Shown in pieces: positions 10,791 to 26,300 of a stretch of DNA of 64,000 nt. A program made the position numbers and the translations under genes. The notes under the pieces were generated by a model that did no database searches, had not been told where the DNA came from, and worked only from the letters and a program-made list of their open reading frames with translations. This DNA comes from Lingula anatina (Eukaryota > Animalia > Brachiopoda): assembly GCA_051362555.1 (NCBI GenBank), contig CM120646.1, forward strand, positions 8,432,001-8,496,000, written 5' to 3'. Within the stretch, counting starts at the first letter, position 1. Each line of letters begins with the position of its first letter.

Positions 10791-13700
10791 TTAACAATGA
10801 TAATTTTGACAAATCTGGTCCAATATTTGTGAAATTTGCACAAATGATGCTTAACAACAATAAAAATCTGTGATAAGCTTATCAGTTGACTGTGCCCCAT
10901 GAAAAAGATTTTTCGGAACAATATATTTGAGAAAACTGAAAATTACATTGAAAAGACTGGTAAATTCCATGGCATAATATAGTTAAACGTTAATAATTTT
11001 GACAAATCTGGTTGTATATTTGTGAAATTTGCACAAATGATACTTAACAACAATGAAAATTTGTGATAAGCTCATCAATTGACTGTGTAAAATGAAAAAG
11101 ATTTTTTCGGACAATATATTTTAGAAAACTGAAAATTGCATTGAAATGTCAGGCAAATTCCATGGCATAAAATAGTTAAACATTAATAATTTTTACAAAT
11201 CTGGTCCTATATTTGTGAAATTTGCACAAATGATACTTAACAACAATGAAAATCTGTGATAAGCTCATCAGTTGACTGTCTCCCATTAAAAAAGATTTTT
11301 CGGGACAATATATTTGAGAAAACTGAAAATTACATTGAAAAAACTGGCAAATTCCATGGGATAAAATAGTTAAACGTTAATAATTTTGACAAATCTAGTT
11401 CATTATTTGTCAAATTTGGACAAATGATGCCTAACATGAATGAAAATCTGTAATAAGCTCATCAGGTGACTGCATCCTATGAAAAAGATTTAATCGGACA
11501 ATATATTTGAGAAAACTGAAAATTACATTGAAAAGACGGGCAAATTTAATAGCATAAAAAAGTTAAACGTTAATAATTTTGACAAATCTAGTCCAATATT
11601 TGTCAAATTTGGACAAATGATGCTTAACATCAATAAAAATCTGTGATAAGCTTACCAATTGACTGTGTGTAATATTAGTGTTGTTTATTGGCAATTTGTA
11701 CGAGAAGAGTCAGAATGACCAAAAAATTTTTTTTCAATTTAACAACATATAATTTAGTCTCACATGAAACAGCAAATGTTATGATTTGTGTTTGTTTGTG
11801 TTAGAGGTGGCAAATTACCCATAACTGTCATCTGGAAAACAACATATACCATTCAAGACTTCTCCTTACTACCAATACCACATGCAGATTCCTCCTTACA
11901 GTGGGTTTCTGGAATCAGGATTAGCGCACCATTTGACAATGTCCTAAATCTTCCCACGTACCAACTATTGTACACAAGGACGAGACATAAAGTTGCTCTT
12001 GCTGCTGTCTTTCACTGCCTGCTTTTTCTATAGGAATTAGCCATGACCAGACAGGAAGTATCAGTTCACCAAAAAGCCACCCGCTGTATGGAAAGGGTCA
12101 CCTGGAAAAAGAACAATATATAATTTGAAAAAAGTGAAAATTAAATTTTCAAAAGTGACTCTGCTTAGAATAGTTAAACGATGATAATTTTGACAAATCT
12201 GGTCCAATATTTGTGAAATTTGCACAAATGATGCTTAACAACAATAAAAATCTGTGATAAGCTTATCAGTTGACTGTGCCCCATGAAAAAGATTTTTCAG
12301 AACAATATATTTGAGAAAACTGAAAATTACATTGAAAAGACTGGTAAATTCCATGGCATAATATAGTTAAACGTTAATAATTTTGACAAATCTAGTTCTA
12401 TATTTGTGAAATTTGCACAAATGATGCCTAACATGAATGAAAATCTGTGATAACCTCATCAGTTGACTGCAAACTATGAAAAAGATTTAATCGGACAATA
12501 TATTTGAGAAAACTGAAAACTGCATTGAAAGGTCGGGCAAATTCCATGGCATAAAATAGTTAAACGTTAATAATTTTTACAAATCTGGTCCTATATTTGA
12601 GAAATTTGCACAAATGATACTTAACAACAATGAAAATCTGTGATAAGCTCATCAATTGACTGTGTAAAATGAAAAAGATTTTTTTGGACAATATATTATA
12701 GAAAACTGAAAATTACATTCAAAAGGCGGGCAAATTCCATGGCATAAAAAAGTTAAACGTTAATAATTTTGACAAATCTATTCCAATATTTGTCAAATTT
12801 GGAAAAATGATGCTTACCAACAATAAAAATCTGTGATAAGCTCATCAGTTGACTGCATACTGTGAAAAAGATTTAATCAGACAATATATTTCAGAAAACT
12901 GAAAATTGCATTGAAATGTCAGGCAAATTCCATGGCATAAAATAGTTAAACGTTAATAATTTTTACAAATCTGGTCCTATATTTGAGAAATTTGCACAAA
13001 TGATACTTAACAACAATGAAAATCTGTGATAAGCTCATCAATTGACTGTGTAAAATGAAAAAGATTTTTTTGGACAATATATTATAGAAAACTGAAAATT
13101 ACATTCAAAAGGCGGGCAAATTCCATGGCATAAAAAAGTTAAACGTTAATAATTTTGACAAATCTATTCCAATATTTGTCAAATTTGGACAAATGATGCC
13201 TAACATGAATGAAAATCTGTGATAAGCTCATCAGTTGACTGCATCCTGTGAAAAAGATTTAATCAGACAATATATTTTAGAAAACTGAAAATTGCATTGA
13301 AATGTCAGGCAAATTCCATGGCATAAAATAGTTAAACGTTAAAGATTTTGACAAATCTATTCCAATATTTGTCAAATTTGCACAAATGATGCTTAACAAC
13401 AATAAAAATCTGAGATAAGCTCATCGGTTGACTGCATACTGTGAGAAAGATTAAATTAGACAATATATTTTAGAAAACTGAAAATTGCATTGAAATGTCA
13501 GGCAAATTCCATAGCATAAAATAGTTAAACGTTAAAGATTTTGACAAATCTATTCCAATATTTGTCAAATTTGGAAAAATGATGCTTAACAACAATAAAA
13601 ATCTGTGATAAGCTCATCAGTTGACTGCATCCTGTGAAAAAGATTTAATCAGACAATATATTTTAGAAAACTGAAAATTGCATTGAAATGTCAGGCAAAT

Positions 13701-15641
13701 TCCATGGCATAAAATAGTTAAACGTTAATAATTTTCACAAATCTGGTCCTATATTTGTGAAATTTGCACAAATGATGCCTAACATGAATGAAAATCTGTG
13801 ATAAGCTCATCAGTTGACTGCATCCTATGAAAAAGATTTAATCGGACAATATATTTGAGAAAACTGAAAATTACATTGAAAAGACTGGCAAATTCCATGG
13901 CATAATATAGTTAAACGTTAATAATTTTGACAAATCTAGTTCTATATTTGTGAAATTTGCACAAATGATGCCTAACATGAATGAAAATCAGTGATAAGCT
14001 CATCAGTTGACTGCAACCTATGAAAAAGATTTAAACGGACAATATATTTGAGAAAACTGAAAACTGCATTGAAAGGTCGGGCAAATTCCACGGCATAAAA
14101 TAGTTAAACGTTAATAATTTTGATAAATCTATTCCAATATTTGTCAAATTTGGACAAATGATACGTAACATGAATGAAAATCTGTGATAAGCTCATCAGT
14201 TGGCTGTCTGCCATGAAAAAGATTTTTCGGGACAATATATTTGAGAAAACTGAAAATTACATTGAAATGTCAGGCAAATTCCATGGGATAAAATAGTTAA
14301 ACATTAATAATTTTGACAAACCTAGTCCTATATTTGTGAAATTTGCACAAATGATGCTTAACAACAATAAAAATCTGTGATAAGCTCATCAGTTGACTGC
14401 AACCTATGAAAAAGATTTAAACTGACAATATATTTGAGAAAACTGAAAACTGCATTGAAAGGTCGGGCAAATTCCACGGCATAAAATAGTTAAACGTTAA
14501 TAATTTTGATAAATCTATTCCAATATTTGTCAAATTTGGACAAATGATGCCTAACATGAATGAAAATCTGTGATAAGCTCATCAGTTGACTGCATCCTAT
14601 GAAAAAGATTTAATCGGACAATATATTTGAGAAAACTGAAAATTACATTGAAAAGACTGGTAAATTCCATGGCATAATATAGTTAAACGTTAATAATTTT
14701 GACAAATCTGGTTACGTATTTGTGAAATTTGCACAAATGATACTTAACAACAATGAAAATCTGTGATAAGCTCATCAATTGACTGTGTAAAATGAAAAAG
14801 ATTTTTTTGGACAATATATTATAGAAAACTGAAAATTACATTCAAAAGGCGGGCAAATTCCATGGCATAAAATAGTTAAACGTTAATAATTTTGACAAAT
14901 CTATTCTAATATTTGTCAAATTTGGAAAAATGATGCTTAACAACAATAAAAATCTGTGATAAGCTCATCAGTTGACTGCATCCTGTGAAAAAGATTTAAT
15001 CAGACAATATATTTTAGAAAACTGAAAATTGCATTGAAATGTCAGGCAAATTCCATGGCATAAAATAGTTAAACGTTAATAATTTTTACAAATCTGGTCT
15101 TATATTTGTGAAATTTGCACAAATGATACTTAACAACAATGAAAATCTGTGATAAGCTCATCAGTTGACTGTCTCCCATGAAAAAGATTTTTCGGGACAA
15201 TATATTTGAGAAAACTAAAAATTACATTGAAATGTCAGGCAAATTCAATGGGATAAAATAGTTAAACATTAATAATTTTGACAAATCTGGTCCTATATTT
15301 GTAAAACTTTCACAAATGATGCTTAACAACAATAAAAATCTGTGATAAGCTTATCAGTTGACTGTGCCCCATGAAAAAGATTTTTCGGAACAATATATTT
15401 GAGAAAACTGAAAATTACATTGAAAAGACTGGTAAATTCCATGGCATAATATAGTTAAACGTTAATAATTTTGACAAATCTAGTTCTATATTTGTGAAAT
15501 TTGCACAAATGATGCCTAAAATGAATGAAAATCTGTGATAAGCTCATCAGTTGACTGCATCCTATGAAAAAGATTTAATCGGACAATATATTTGAGAAAA
15601 CTGAAAATTACATTGAAAAGATGGGCAAATTTAATAGCATA

Positions 15642-17856
15642 AACAAGGCAGCAAAGCTGTCAAATGTACAGACAAAAAGCAGACAATAACAATGCACAAA
15701 ACAGGCTACTGTCAATTCTGATGCAAAAGTACATTATGCTTAACTGCAAATTCAACATCAAAGTATAATTATGCTCAACAGGTAATACCAATGTAAGTGA
15801 AATGTGTAACAAGCGTAAGGCTTCGGGCCCATGGGAGTTTAAGTTCACACTTTGAATATGCCAGAATGAGAAAAATGAAAATTTCACATAAAACTGCTTA
15901 AATTCAATAATAAATGATAACCCATTTGAGCTGGCTTTCTTATTTGAACTGCATGCCAATCCTACAAATCATACTTGTAAGTTGAAAATACTAATAAGTA
16001 ACACAGTTTTCTTTTCATAATGTTTGTAGTAGCAGTGCAAAAAGATTTTTGTCAATTTTGATATAACATTACATAATAAATTACAGAATAATTATCACCA
16101 ATTTTTGATTATTGACTATAAATAGCATGGACAAGTAGAAAATTTGATTACCATTTGGCTTCATGTCCATGGGAGCTTCGAGTCCCACAATGAATATGCC
16201 AACATGATAAAAATGAATATTTCACTAAAATGTATAACTTCCAGAAAAAAAAGCCAATTAGACTGCTTTTCCAGCTCAGGCTGCATTTTAGTCCTTTGTT
16301 TCTTTTTTGAAAGTTTGACAATCATTAGTAACATGGTTTTCCCATAATGGTCATCATGGCAGCAGCACCCAAAATTGTGTTTTCTTCTATTTTAATGCAA
16401 TATTACATAATGCTTAACAGCATAATGACCATCAGTTTTTAATAATAAAAGATCCGTATCATGGATTTTCAGAAAATGTGATTAGCATGGGTCTTCAAGC
16501 TCGTGGAGGTTCTTAAGTCACACCTTGAAAATGCCAATATGTGAAAAATTAAATTTTCACCAAAAAAAAAAAAAAAAAAAAAGTTTAACTGGCAGAAAAA
16601 TTTACCAAACAAACTGCATTGCCCACTGAAGCTTTATTTAAGTCCCATGTTTCTTTCCTGTAAGTTTGAGAACAGTAAGTGACATGGTTTTCCTAAAATG
16701 GTCATCATGGGAGCAGTGTCCAAAATAGGGGTGTCTTCAAATTTTGATGCAATATTACATAATGTTTAACAGGATAATTACCATCAATATTTTTATAATA
16801 AAATATTAGTATCATGGATATTCAGAAAATGTTCCTAGCAAAGGTCTTCAGGCCCAAGGAACTTCAAAGTCACAACTTGAAAATGCCAAAATGTAGACAA
16901 GACAGCACTGTCCTGAAATGTGTTTTTTTTTCCATTTTTAACAATTTTTTAACATATAACAAAATTAACAATTTACTGCCATTTTTATATGATCAACTAA
17001 GAAAATTGATGAGATAGGAAAAATATCAATAGAACAGTGTTACATGTCCAATTTCCTCCATTCTGAGATTCTGAACATAGTGAATGAATGAATCTGACAA
17101 ACTGCAATGATATGAGTTTATTTCCATTTTTGAAACTCTATTATACAATACATGATAACAAGTTTACCATCATTTTTACATAATCAACTAACAATGTTGT
17201 AAAGATGCAGGAAATGTCAAACAAACACTTTTACGAATCTTATTAGTTAAATAATGAGACTGTTAACATGCCTAAGAATTGAATCTGAGGAAACGTGAAA
17301 AAAAGCATTACTTATAAAATAATGACCTCATTATGCTGATTTTCAAACTTGACCTGCGTTTTAGTAAGATTAATTACACCTGTGAGTTTCATGACAACAG
17401 GTCTATCGGTTTTCCTTGAAATGTGTTAACAGTGTTGCACATATGCTGAAAAGTGAAAAAAACAGCATAACTACTAAAATAGTGGCCCGATCATACTGAT
17501 TTTCGAACTTGATCTGCGTTTTAGTAAGATTGATTACTCCTGTGAATTTCATGACAATAAGCCTATCGGTTTTCCTTGAAATGTGTTAACAGTGTTGTAT
17601 ATATGCTAAAAAGTGAAAAAACAGCATAAATTCTACAATAATGGCCCGATCATGCTGATTTTCGAACTTGACCTGCGTTTTATAAATATTGGTCAGCTCT
17701 GTAAATATAAAGCCAAAAAGTAAAACTGTCTTCCACTTATGGTGTTAACGCTGAAAGTGCACAGCGACGGCGACGGCGACATGATCGGCGACGGCGATGG
17801 CGACGACAGACGCAGGTGATGGCAATATGTACAGACACATTTGTGTCTGTACATAA
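15642..17856 (-). mobile_element. Helentron-associated non-autonomous element (HINE/DINE-1-like), family A, copy 1
   Basis: One end is aacaag + hairpin ggcagc-aaa-gctgtc + subTIR atgtacagaca. The other end has ~160-bp core repeats, a (gacggc)n microsatellite and the palindrome atgtacagacac-attt-gtgtctgtacat. Inserted in the A-run of gcat^aaaaagtt with no TSD. Strand follows the DINE-1 convention. Confidence 0.85.
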
Positions 17857-20800
17857 AAAGTTAAACGTTAATAATTTTGACAAATCTAGTCCAATATTTG
17901 TCAAATTTGGACAAATGATGCTTAACATCAATAAAAATCTGTGATAAGCTTACCAATTGACTGTGTGTAACATTAGTGTTGTTTATTGGCAATTTGTACG
18001 AGAAGAGTCAGAATGACCAAAAAGATTTTTTTCAATTTAACAACATATAATTTAGTCTCACATGAAACAGCAAATGTTATGATTTGTGTTTGTTTGTGTT
18101 AGAGGTGGCAAATTACCAATAATTGTCATCTGGAAAACAACATATACCATTCAAGACTTCTCCTTACTACCAATACCACATGCAGATTCCTCCTTACAGT
18201 GGGTTTCTGGAATCAGGATTAGCGCACCATTTGACAATGTCCTAAATCTTCCCACGTACCAACTATTGTACACAAGGACGAGACATAAAGTTGCTCTTGC
18301 TGCTGTCTTTCACTGCCTGCTTTTTCTATAGGAATTAGCCATGACCAGACAGGAAGTATCAGTTCACCAAGAAGCCACCCGCTGTATGGAAAGGGTCACC
18401 TGGAAAAAGAACAATATATAATTTGAAAAAAGTGAAAATTAAATTTTCAAAGTTGACTCTGCTTAGAATAGTTAAACGATGATAATTTTGACAAATCTGG
18501 TCCAATATTTGTGAAATTTGCACAAATGATGCTTAACAACAATAAAAATCTGTGATAAGCTTATCAGTTGACTGTGCCCCATGAAAAAGATTTTTCAGAA
18601 CAATATATTTGAAAAAACTGAAAATTACATTGAAAAGACTGGTAAATTCCATGGCATAATATAGTTAAACGTTAATAATTTTGACAAATCTAGTTCTATA
18701 TTTGTGAAATTTGCACAAATGATGCCTAACATGAATGAAAATCTGTGATAAGCTCATCAGTTGACTGCATCCTGTGAAAAAGATTTAATCAGACAATATA
18801 TTTCAGAAAACTGAAAATGGCATTGAAATGTCAGGCAAATTCCATGGCATAAAATAGTTAAACGTTAATAATTTTTACAAATCTGGTCCTATATTTGAGA
18901 AATTTGCACAAATGATACTTAACAACAATGAAAATCTGTGATAAGCTCATCAATTGACTGTGTAAAATGAAAAAGATTTTTTTGGACAATATATTATAGA
19001 AAACTGAAAATTACATTCAAAAGGCGGGCAAATTCCATGGCATAAAAAAGTTAAACGTTAATAATTTTGACAAATCTATTCCAATATTTGTCAAATTTGG
19101 AAAAATGATGCTTACCAACAATAAAAATCTGTGATAAGCTCATCAGTTGACTGCATACTGTGAAAAAGATTTAATCAGACAATATATTTCAGAAAACTGA
19201 AAATTGCATTGAAATGTCAGGCAAATTCCATGGCATAAAATAGTTAAACGTTAATAATTTTTACAAATCTGGTCCTATATTTGAGAAATTTGCACAAATG
19301 ATACTTAACAACAATGAAAATCTGTGATAAGCTCATCAATTGACTGTGTAAAATGAAAAAGATTTTTTTGGACAATATATTATAGAAAACTGAAAATTAC
19401 ATTCAAAAGGCGGGCAAATTCCATGGCATAAAAAAGTTAAACGTTAATAATTTTGACAAATCTATTCCAATATTTGTCAAATTTGGACAAATGATGCCTA
19501 ACATGAATGAAAATCTGTGATAAGCTCATCAGTTGACTGCATCCTGTGAAAAAGATTTAATCAGACAATATATTTTAGAAAACTGAAAATTGCATTGAAA
19601 TGTCAGGCAAATTCCATGGCATAAAATAGTTAAACGTTAAAGATTTTGACAAATCTATTCCAATATTTGTCAAATTTGCACAAATGATGCTTAACAACAA
19701 TAAAAATCTGAGATAAGCTCATCGGTTGACTGCATACTGTGAGAAAGATTTAATCAGACAATATATTTTAGAAAACTGAAAATTGCATTGAAATGTCAGG
19801 CAAATTCCATGGCATAAAATAGTTAAACGTTAAAAATTTTGACAAATCTATTCCAATATTTGTCAAATTTGGAAAAATGATGCTTAACAACAATAAAAAT
19901 CTGTGATAAGCTCATCAGTTGACTGCATCCTGTGAAAAAGATTTAATCAGACAATATATTTTAGAAAACTGAAAATTGCATTGAAATGTCAGGCAAATTC
20001 CATGGCATAAAATAGTTAAACGTTAATAATTTTCACAAATCTGGTCCTATATTTGTGAAATTTGCACAAATAATGCCTAACATGAATGAAAATCTGTGAT
20101 AAGCTCATCAGTTGACTGCATCCTATGAAAAAGATTTAATCGGACAATATATTTGAGAAAACTGAAAATTACATTGAAAAGACTGGCAAATTCCACGGCA
20201 TAAAATAGTTAAACGTTAATAATTTTGATAAATCTATTCCAATATTTGTCAAATTTGGACAAATGATACATAACATGAATGAAAATCTGTGATAAGCTCA
20301 TCAGTTGGCTGTCTGCCATGAAAAAGATTTTTCGGGACAATATATTTGAGAAAACTGAAAATTACATTGAAATGTCAGGCAAATTCCATGGGATAAATTA
20401 GTTAAACATTAATAATTTTGACAAACCTAGTCCTATATTTGTGAAATTTGCACAAATGATGCTTAACAACAATAAAAATCTGTGATAAGCTCATCAGTTG
20501 ACTGCAACCTATGAAAAAGATTTAAACGGACAATATATTTGAGAAAACTGAAAACTGCATTGAAAGGTCGGGCAAATTCCACGGCATAAAATAGTTAAAC
20601 GTTAATAATTTTGATAAATCTATTCCAATATTTGTCAAATTTGGAAAAATGATGCCTAACATGAATGAAAATCTGTGATAAGCTCATCAGTTGACTGCAT
20701 CCTATGAAAAAGATTTAATCGGACAATATATTTGAGAAAACTGAAAATTACATTGAAAAGACTGGTAAATTCCATGGCATAATATAGTTAAACGTTAATA

Positions 20801-23081
20801 ATTTTGACAAATCTGGTTGCGTATTTGTGAAATTTGCACAAATGATACTTAACAACAATGAAAATCTGTGATAAGCTCATCAATTGACTGTGTAAAATGA
20901 AAAAGATTTTTTTGGACAATATATTATAGAAAACTGAAAATTACATTCAAAAGGCGGGCAAATTCCATGGCATAAAAAAGTTAAACGTTAATAATTTTGA
21001 CAAATCTATTCCAATATTTGTCAAATTTGGACAAATGATGCCTAACATGAATGAAAATCTGTGATAAGCTCATCAGTTGACTGCATCCTGTGAAAAAGAT
21101 TTAATCAGACAATATATTTTAGAAAACTGAAAATTGCATTGAAATGTCAGGCAAATTCCATGGCATAAAATAGTTAAACGTTAATAATTTTGACAAATCT
21201 GGTCCTATATTTGTAAAACTTTCACAAATGATGCTTAACAACAATAAAAATCTGTAATAAGCTCATCAGTTGACTGTCTCCCATGAAAAAGATTTTTCGG
21301 GATAATATATTTGAGAAAACTGAAAATTACATTGAAAAGACTGGCAAATTCAATGGCATAATATAGTTAAACGTTAATAATTTTGACAAATCTTGTTCTA
21401 TATTTGTGAAATTTGCACAAATGATGCCTAACATGAATGAAAATTTGTGATAAGCTCATCAGTTGACTGCAACCTATGAAAAAGATTTTATCGGACAATA
21501 TATTTGAGAAAACTGAAAACTGCATTGAAAGGTCGGGCAAATTCCACGGCATAAAAAAGTTAATCGTTAATAATTTTGATAAATCTATTCCAATATTTGT
21601 CAAATTTGGACAAATGATGCCTAACATGAATGAAAATCTGTGATAAGCTCATCAGTTGACTGCATCCTATGAAAAAGATTTAATCGGACAATATATTTGA
21701 GAAAACTGAAAACTGCATTGAAAGGTCGGGCAAATTCCACGGCATAAAATAGTTAAACGTTAATAATTTTGATAAATCTATTCCAATATTTGTCAAATTT
21801 GGACAAATGATGCCTAACATGAATGAAAATCTGTGATAAGCTCATCAGTTGACTGCATCCTATGAAAAAGATTTAATCGGACAATATATTTGAGAAAACT
21901 GAAAATTACATTGAAAAGATGGGCAAATATAATAGCATAAAAAAGTTAAATGTTAATTATTTTGACAAATCTAGTCCAATATTTGTCAAATTTGGACAAA
22001 TGATGCTTAACATCAATAAAAATCTGTGATAAGCTTACCAATTGACTGTGTATAATATTAGTGTTGTTTATTGGCAATTTGTACGAGAAGAGTCAGAATG
22101 ACCCAAAAAATTTTTTTCAATTTAACAACATATAATTTAGTCTCACATGAAACAGTAAATGTTATGATTTGTGTTTGTTTGTGTTAGAGGTGGCAAATTA
22201 CCCATAATTGTCATCTGGAAAACAATATATACCATTCAAGACTTCTCCTTACTACCAATACCACATGCAGATTCCTCCTTACAGTGGGTTTCTGGAATCA
22301 GGATTAGCGCACCATTTGACAATGTCCTAAATCTTCCCACGTACCAACTATTGTACACAAGGACGAGACATAAAGTTGCTCTTGCTGCTGTCTTTCACTG
22401 CCTGCTTTTTCTATAGGAATTAGCCATGACCAGACAGGAAGTATCAGTTCACCAAGAAGCCACTCGCTGTATGGAAAGGGTCACCTGGAAAAAGAACAAT
22501 ATATAATTTGAAAAATGTGAAAATTAAATTTTAAAAAGTGACTCTGCTTAGAATAGTTAAACGATGATAATTTTGACAAATCTGGTCCAATATTTGTGAA
22601 ATTTGCACAAATGATGCTTAACAACAATAAAAATCTGTGATAAGCTCTTCAGTTGACTGCATCCTGTGAAAAAGATTTAATCAGACAATATATTTTAGAA
22701 AACTGAAAATTGCATTGAAATGTCAGGGAAATTCCATGGCATAAAATAGTTAAACGTTAATAATTTTGACAAATCTGGTCCTATATTTGTAAAACTTTCA
22801 CAAATGATGCTCAACAACAATAAAAATCTGTAATAAGCTCATCAGTTGACTGTCTCCCATGAAAAAGATTTTTCGGTATAATATATTTGAGAAAACTGAA
22901 AATTACATTGAAAAGACTGGAAAATTCAATGGCATAAAATAGTTAAACGTTAATAATTTTGACAAATCTAGTTCTATATTTGTCAAATTTGGAAAAATGA
23001 TGCCTAACAACAATAAAAATCTGTGATAAGCTCATCAGTTAACTGCAACCTGTGAAAAAGATTTAATCGGACAATATATTT

Positions 23082-23325
23082 GCGCACCATTTGACAATGT
23101 CCTAAATCTTCCCACTTACCAACTATTGTACACAAGGACAAGACATAAAGTTGCTCTTGCTGCTGCCTTTCACTGCCTGCTTTTTCTATAGGAATTATCC
23201 ATGACCAGACAGGAAGTATCAGTTCACCAAAAAGCCACCCGCTGTATGGAAAGGGTCACCTGGAAAAAGAACAAAATATTATTTGAAAAAAGTGAAAATT
23301 AAATTTTAAAAAGTGACTAGGCTTA
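23082..23325. repeat. Truncated ~245-bp cassette (first of 9 copies), retaining complete exon A
   Basis: Identical junction acaatatattt|gcgcaccatttg at 23082, 24822, 26980, 27562, 32254, 41042, 43165, 54305 and 63279. Shared diagnostics: ggaattatcc, aaaaagcc, gactaggc. Confidence 0.92.
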
Positions 23326-26300
23326 GAATAGTTAAACGATGATAATTTTGACAAATCTGGTCCAATATTTGTGAAATTTGCACAAATGATGCTTAACAAC
23401 AATAAAAATCTGTGATAAGCTTATCAGTTGACTGTGCCCCATGAAATAGATTTTTCGGAACAATATATTTGAGAAAACTGAAAATTACATTGAAAAGACT
23501 GGTAAATTCCATGGCATAATATAGTTAAACGTTAACAATTTTGACAAATCTAGTTCTATATTTGTGAAATTTGCACAAATGATGCCTAACATGAATGAAA
23601 ATCTGTGATAACCTCATCAGTTGACTGCAACCTATGAAAAAGATTTAATCGGACAATATATTTGAGAAAACTGAAAACTGCATTGAAAGGTCGGGCAAAT
23701 TCCACGGCATGAAATAGTTAAACGTTAATAATTTTGATAAATCTATTCCAATATTTGTCAAATTTAGACAAATGATGCCTAACATGAATGAAAATCTGTG
23801 ATAAGCTCATCAGTTGACTGCATCCTGTGAAAAAGATTTAATCAGACAATATATTTCAGAAAACTGAAAATTACATTGAAATGTCAGGCAAATTCCATGG
23901 CATAAAATAGTTAAATGTTAATAATTTTTACAAATCTGGTCCTATATTTGAGAAATTTGCACAAATGATACTTAACAACAATGAAAATCTGTGATAAGCT
24001 CATCAATTGACTGTGTAAAATGAAAAAGATTTTTTTGGACAATATATTATAGAAAACTGAAAATTACATTCAAAAGGTGGGCAAATTCCCTGGCATAAAA
24101 AAGTTAAACGTTAATAATTTTGACAAATCTATTCCAATATTTGTCAAATTTGGAAAAATGATGCTTACCAACAATAAAAATCTGTGATAAGCTCATCAGT
24201 TGACTGCATCCTGTGAAAAAGATTTAATCAGACAATATATTTCAGAAAACTGAAAATTGCATTGAAATGTCAGGCAAATTCCATGGCATAAAATAGTTAA
24301 ACGTTAATAATTTTTACAAATCTGGTCCTATATTTGAGAAATTTGCATAAATGATACTTAACAACAATGAAAATCTGTGATAAGCTCATCAATTGACTGT
24401 GTAAAATGAAAAAGATTTTTTTGGACAATATATTATAGAAAACTGAAAATTACATTCAAAAGGCGGGCAAATTCCATGGCATAAAAAAGTTAAACGTTAA
24501 TAATTTTGACAAATCTATTCCAATATTTGTCAAATTTGGACAAATGATGCTTACCAACAATAAAAATCTGTGATAAGCTCATCAGTTGCCTGCATACTGT
24601 GAAAAAGATTTTTCGGAACAATATATTTGAGAAAACTGAAAATTACATTGAAAAGACTGGTAAATTCCATGGCATAATATAGTTAAACGTTAATAATTTT
24701 GACAAATCTAGTTCTATATTTGTGAAATTTGCACAAATGATGCCTAACATGAATAAAAATCTGTGATAAGCTCATCAGTTGACTGCAACCTATGAAAAAG
24801 ATTTAATCGGACAATATATTTGCGCACCATTTGACAATGTCCTAAATCTTCCCACTTACCAACTATTGTACACAAGGACGAGACATAAAGTTGCTCTTGC
24901 TGCTGCCTTTCACTGCCTGCTTTTTCTATAGGAATTATCCATGACCAGACAGGAAGTATCAGTTCACCAAAAAGCCACCCGCTGTATGGAAAGGGTCACC
25001 TGGAAAAAGAACAATATATAATTTGAAAAAAGTGAAAATTAAATTTTAAAAAGTGACTAGGCTTAGAATAGTTAAACGATGATAATTTTGACAAATCTGG
25101 TCCAATATTTGTGAAATTTGCACAAATGATGCTTAACAACAATAAAAATCTGTGATAAGCTTATCAGTTGACTGTGCCCCATGAAAAAGATTTTTCGGAA
25201 CAATATATTTGAGAAAACTGAAAATTACATTGAAAAGACTGGTAAATTCCATGGCATAATATAGTTAAACGTTAATAATTTTGACAAATCTAGTTCTATA
25301 TTTGTGAAATTTGCACAAATGATGCCTAACATGAATGAAAATCTGTGATAAGCTCATCAGTTGACTGCAACCTATGAAAAAGATTTTATCGGACAATATA
25401 TTTGAGAAAATTGAAAACTGCATTGAAAGGTCGGGCAAATTCCACGGCATAAAATAGTTAAACGTTAATTATTTTGACAAATCTAGTCCAATATTTGTCA
25501 AATTTGGACAAATGATGCTTAACATCAATAAAAATCTGTGATAAGCTTACCAATTGACTGTGTGTAATATTAGTGTTGTTTATTGGCAATTTGTACGAGA
25601 AGAGTCAGAATGACCAAAAAAATTTTTTTCAATTTAACAACATATAATTTAGTCTCACATGAAACAGTAAATGTTATGATTTGTGTTTGTTTGTGTTAGA
25701 GGTGGCAAATTACCCATAATTGTCATCTGTAAAACAACATATACCATTCAAGACTTCTCCTTACTACCAATACCACATGCAGATTCCTCCTTACAGTGGG
25801 TTTCTGGAATCAGGATTAGCGCACCATTTGACAATGTCCTAAATCTTCCCACGTACCAACTATTGTACACAAGGACGAGACATAAAGTTGCTCTTGCTGC
25901 TGTCTTTCACTGCCTGCTTTTTCTATAGGAATTAGCCATGACCAGACAGGAAGTATCAGTTCACCAAGAAGCCACTTGCTGTATGGAAAGGGTCACCTGG
26001 AAAAAGAACAATATATAATTTGAAAAATGTGAAAATTAAATTTTAAAAAGTGACTCTGCTTAGAATAGTTAAACGATGATAATTTTGACAAATCTGGTCC
26101 AATATTTGTGAAATTTGCACAAATGATGCTAAACAACAATAAAAATCTGTGATAAGCTCATCAGTTGACTGCATCCTGTGAAAAAGATTTAATCAGACAA
26201 TATATTTTAGAAAACTGAAAATTGCATTGAAATGTCAGGGAAATTCCATGGCATAAAATAGTTAAACGTTAATAATTTTTACAAATCTGGTCCTATATTT

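Noticed and set aside
11262-11305. CTGATGAG on the minus strand of most monomers, suggesting a hammerhead ribozyme/retrozyme satellite
   Set aside because: No stem II plus GAAA follows the motif (types I and III). The type II arrangement using an upstream GAAA in some variants lacks paired stems I and II. An Infernal search with hammerhead models would settle it.
12420-12520. Tandem C/D-box snoRNA cluster (ATGATG...CTGA in each monomer)
   Set aside because: The C box is imperfect (ATGATGC or ATGATAC), there is no convincing terminal stem, and I recognised no rRNA antisense element.
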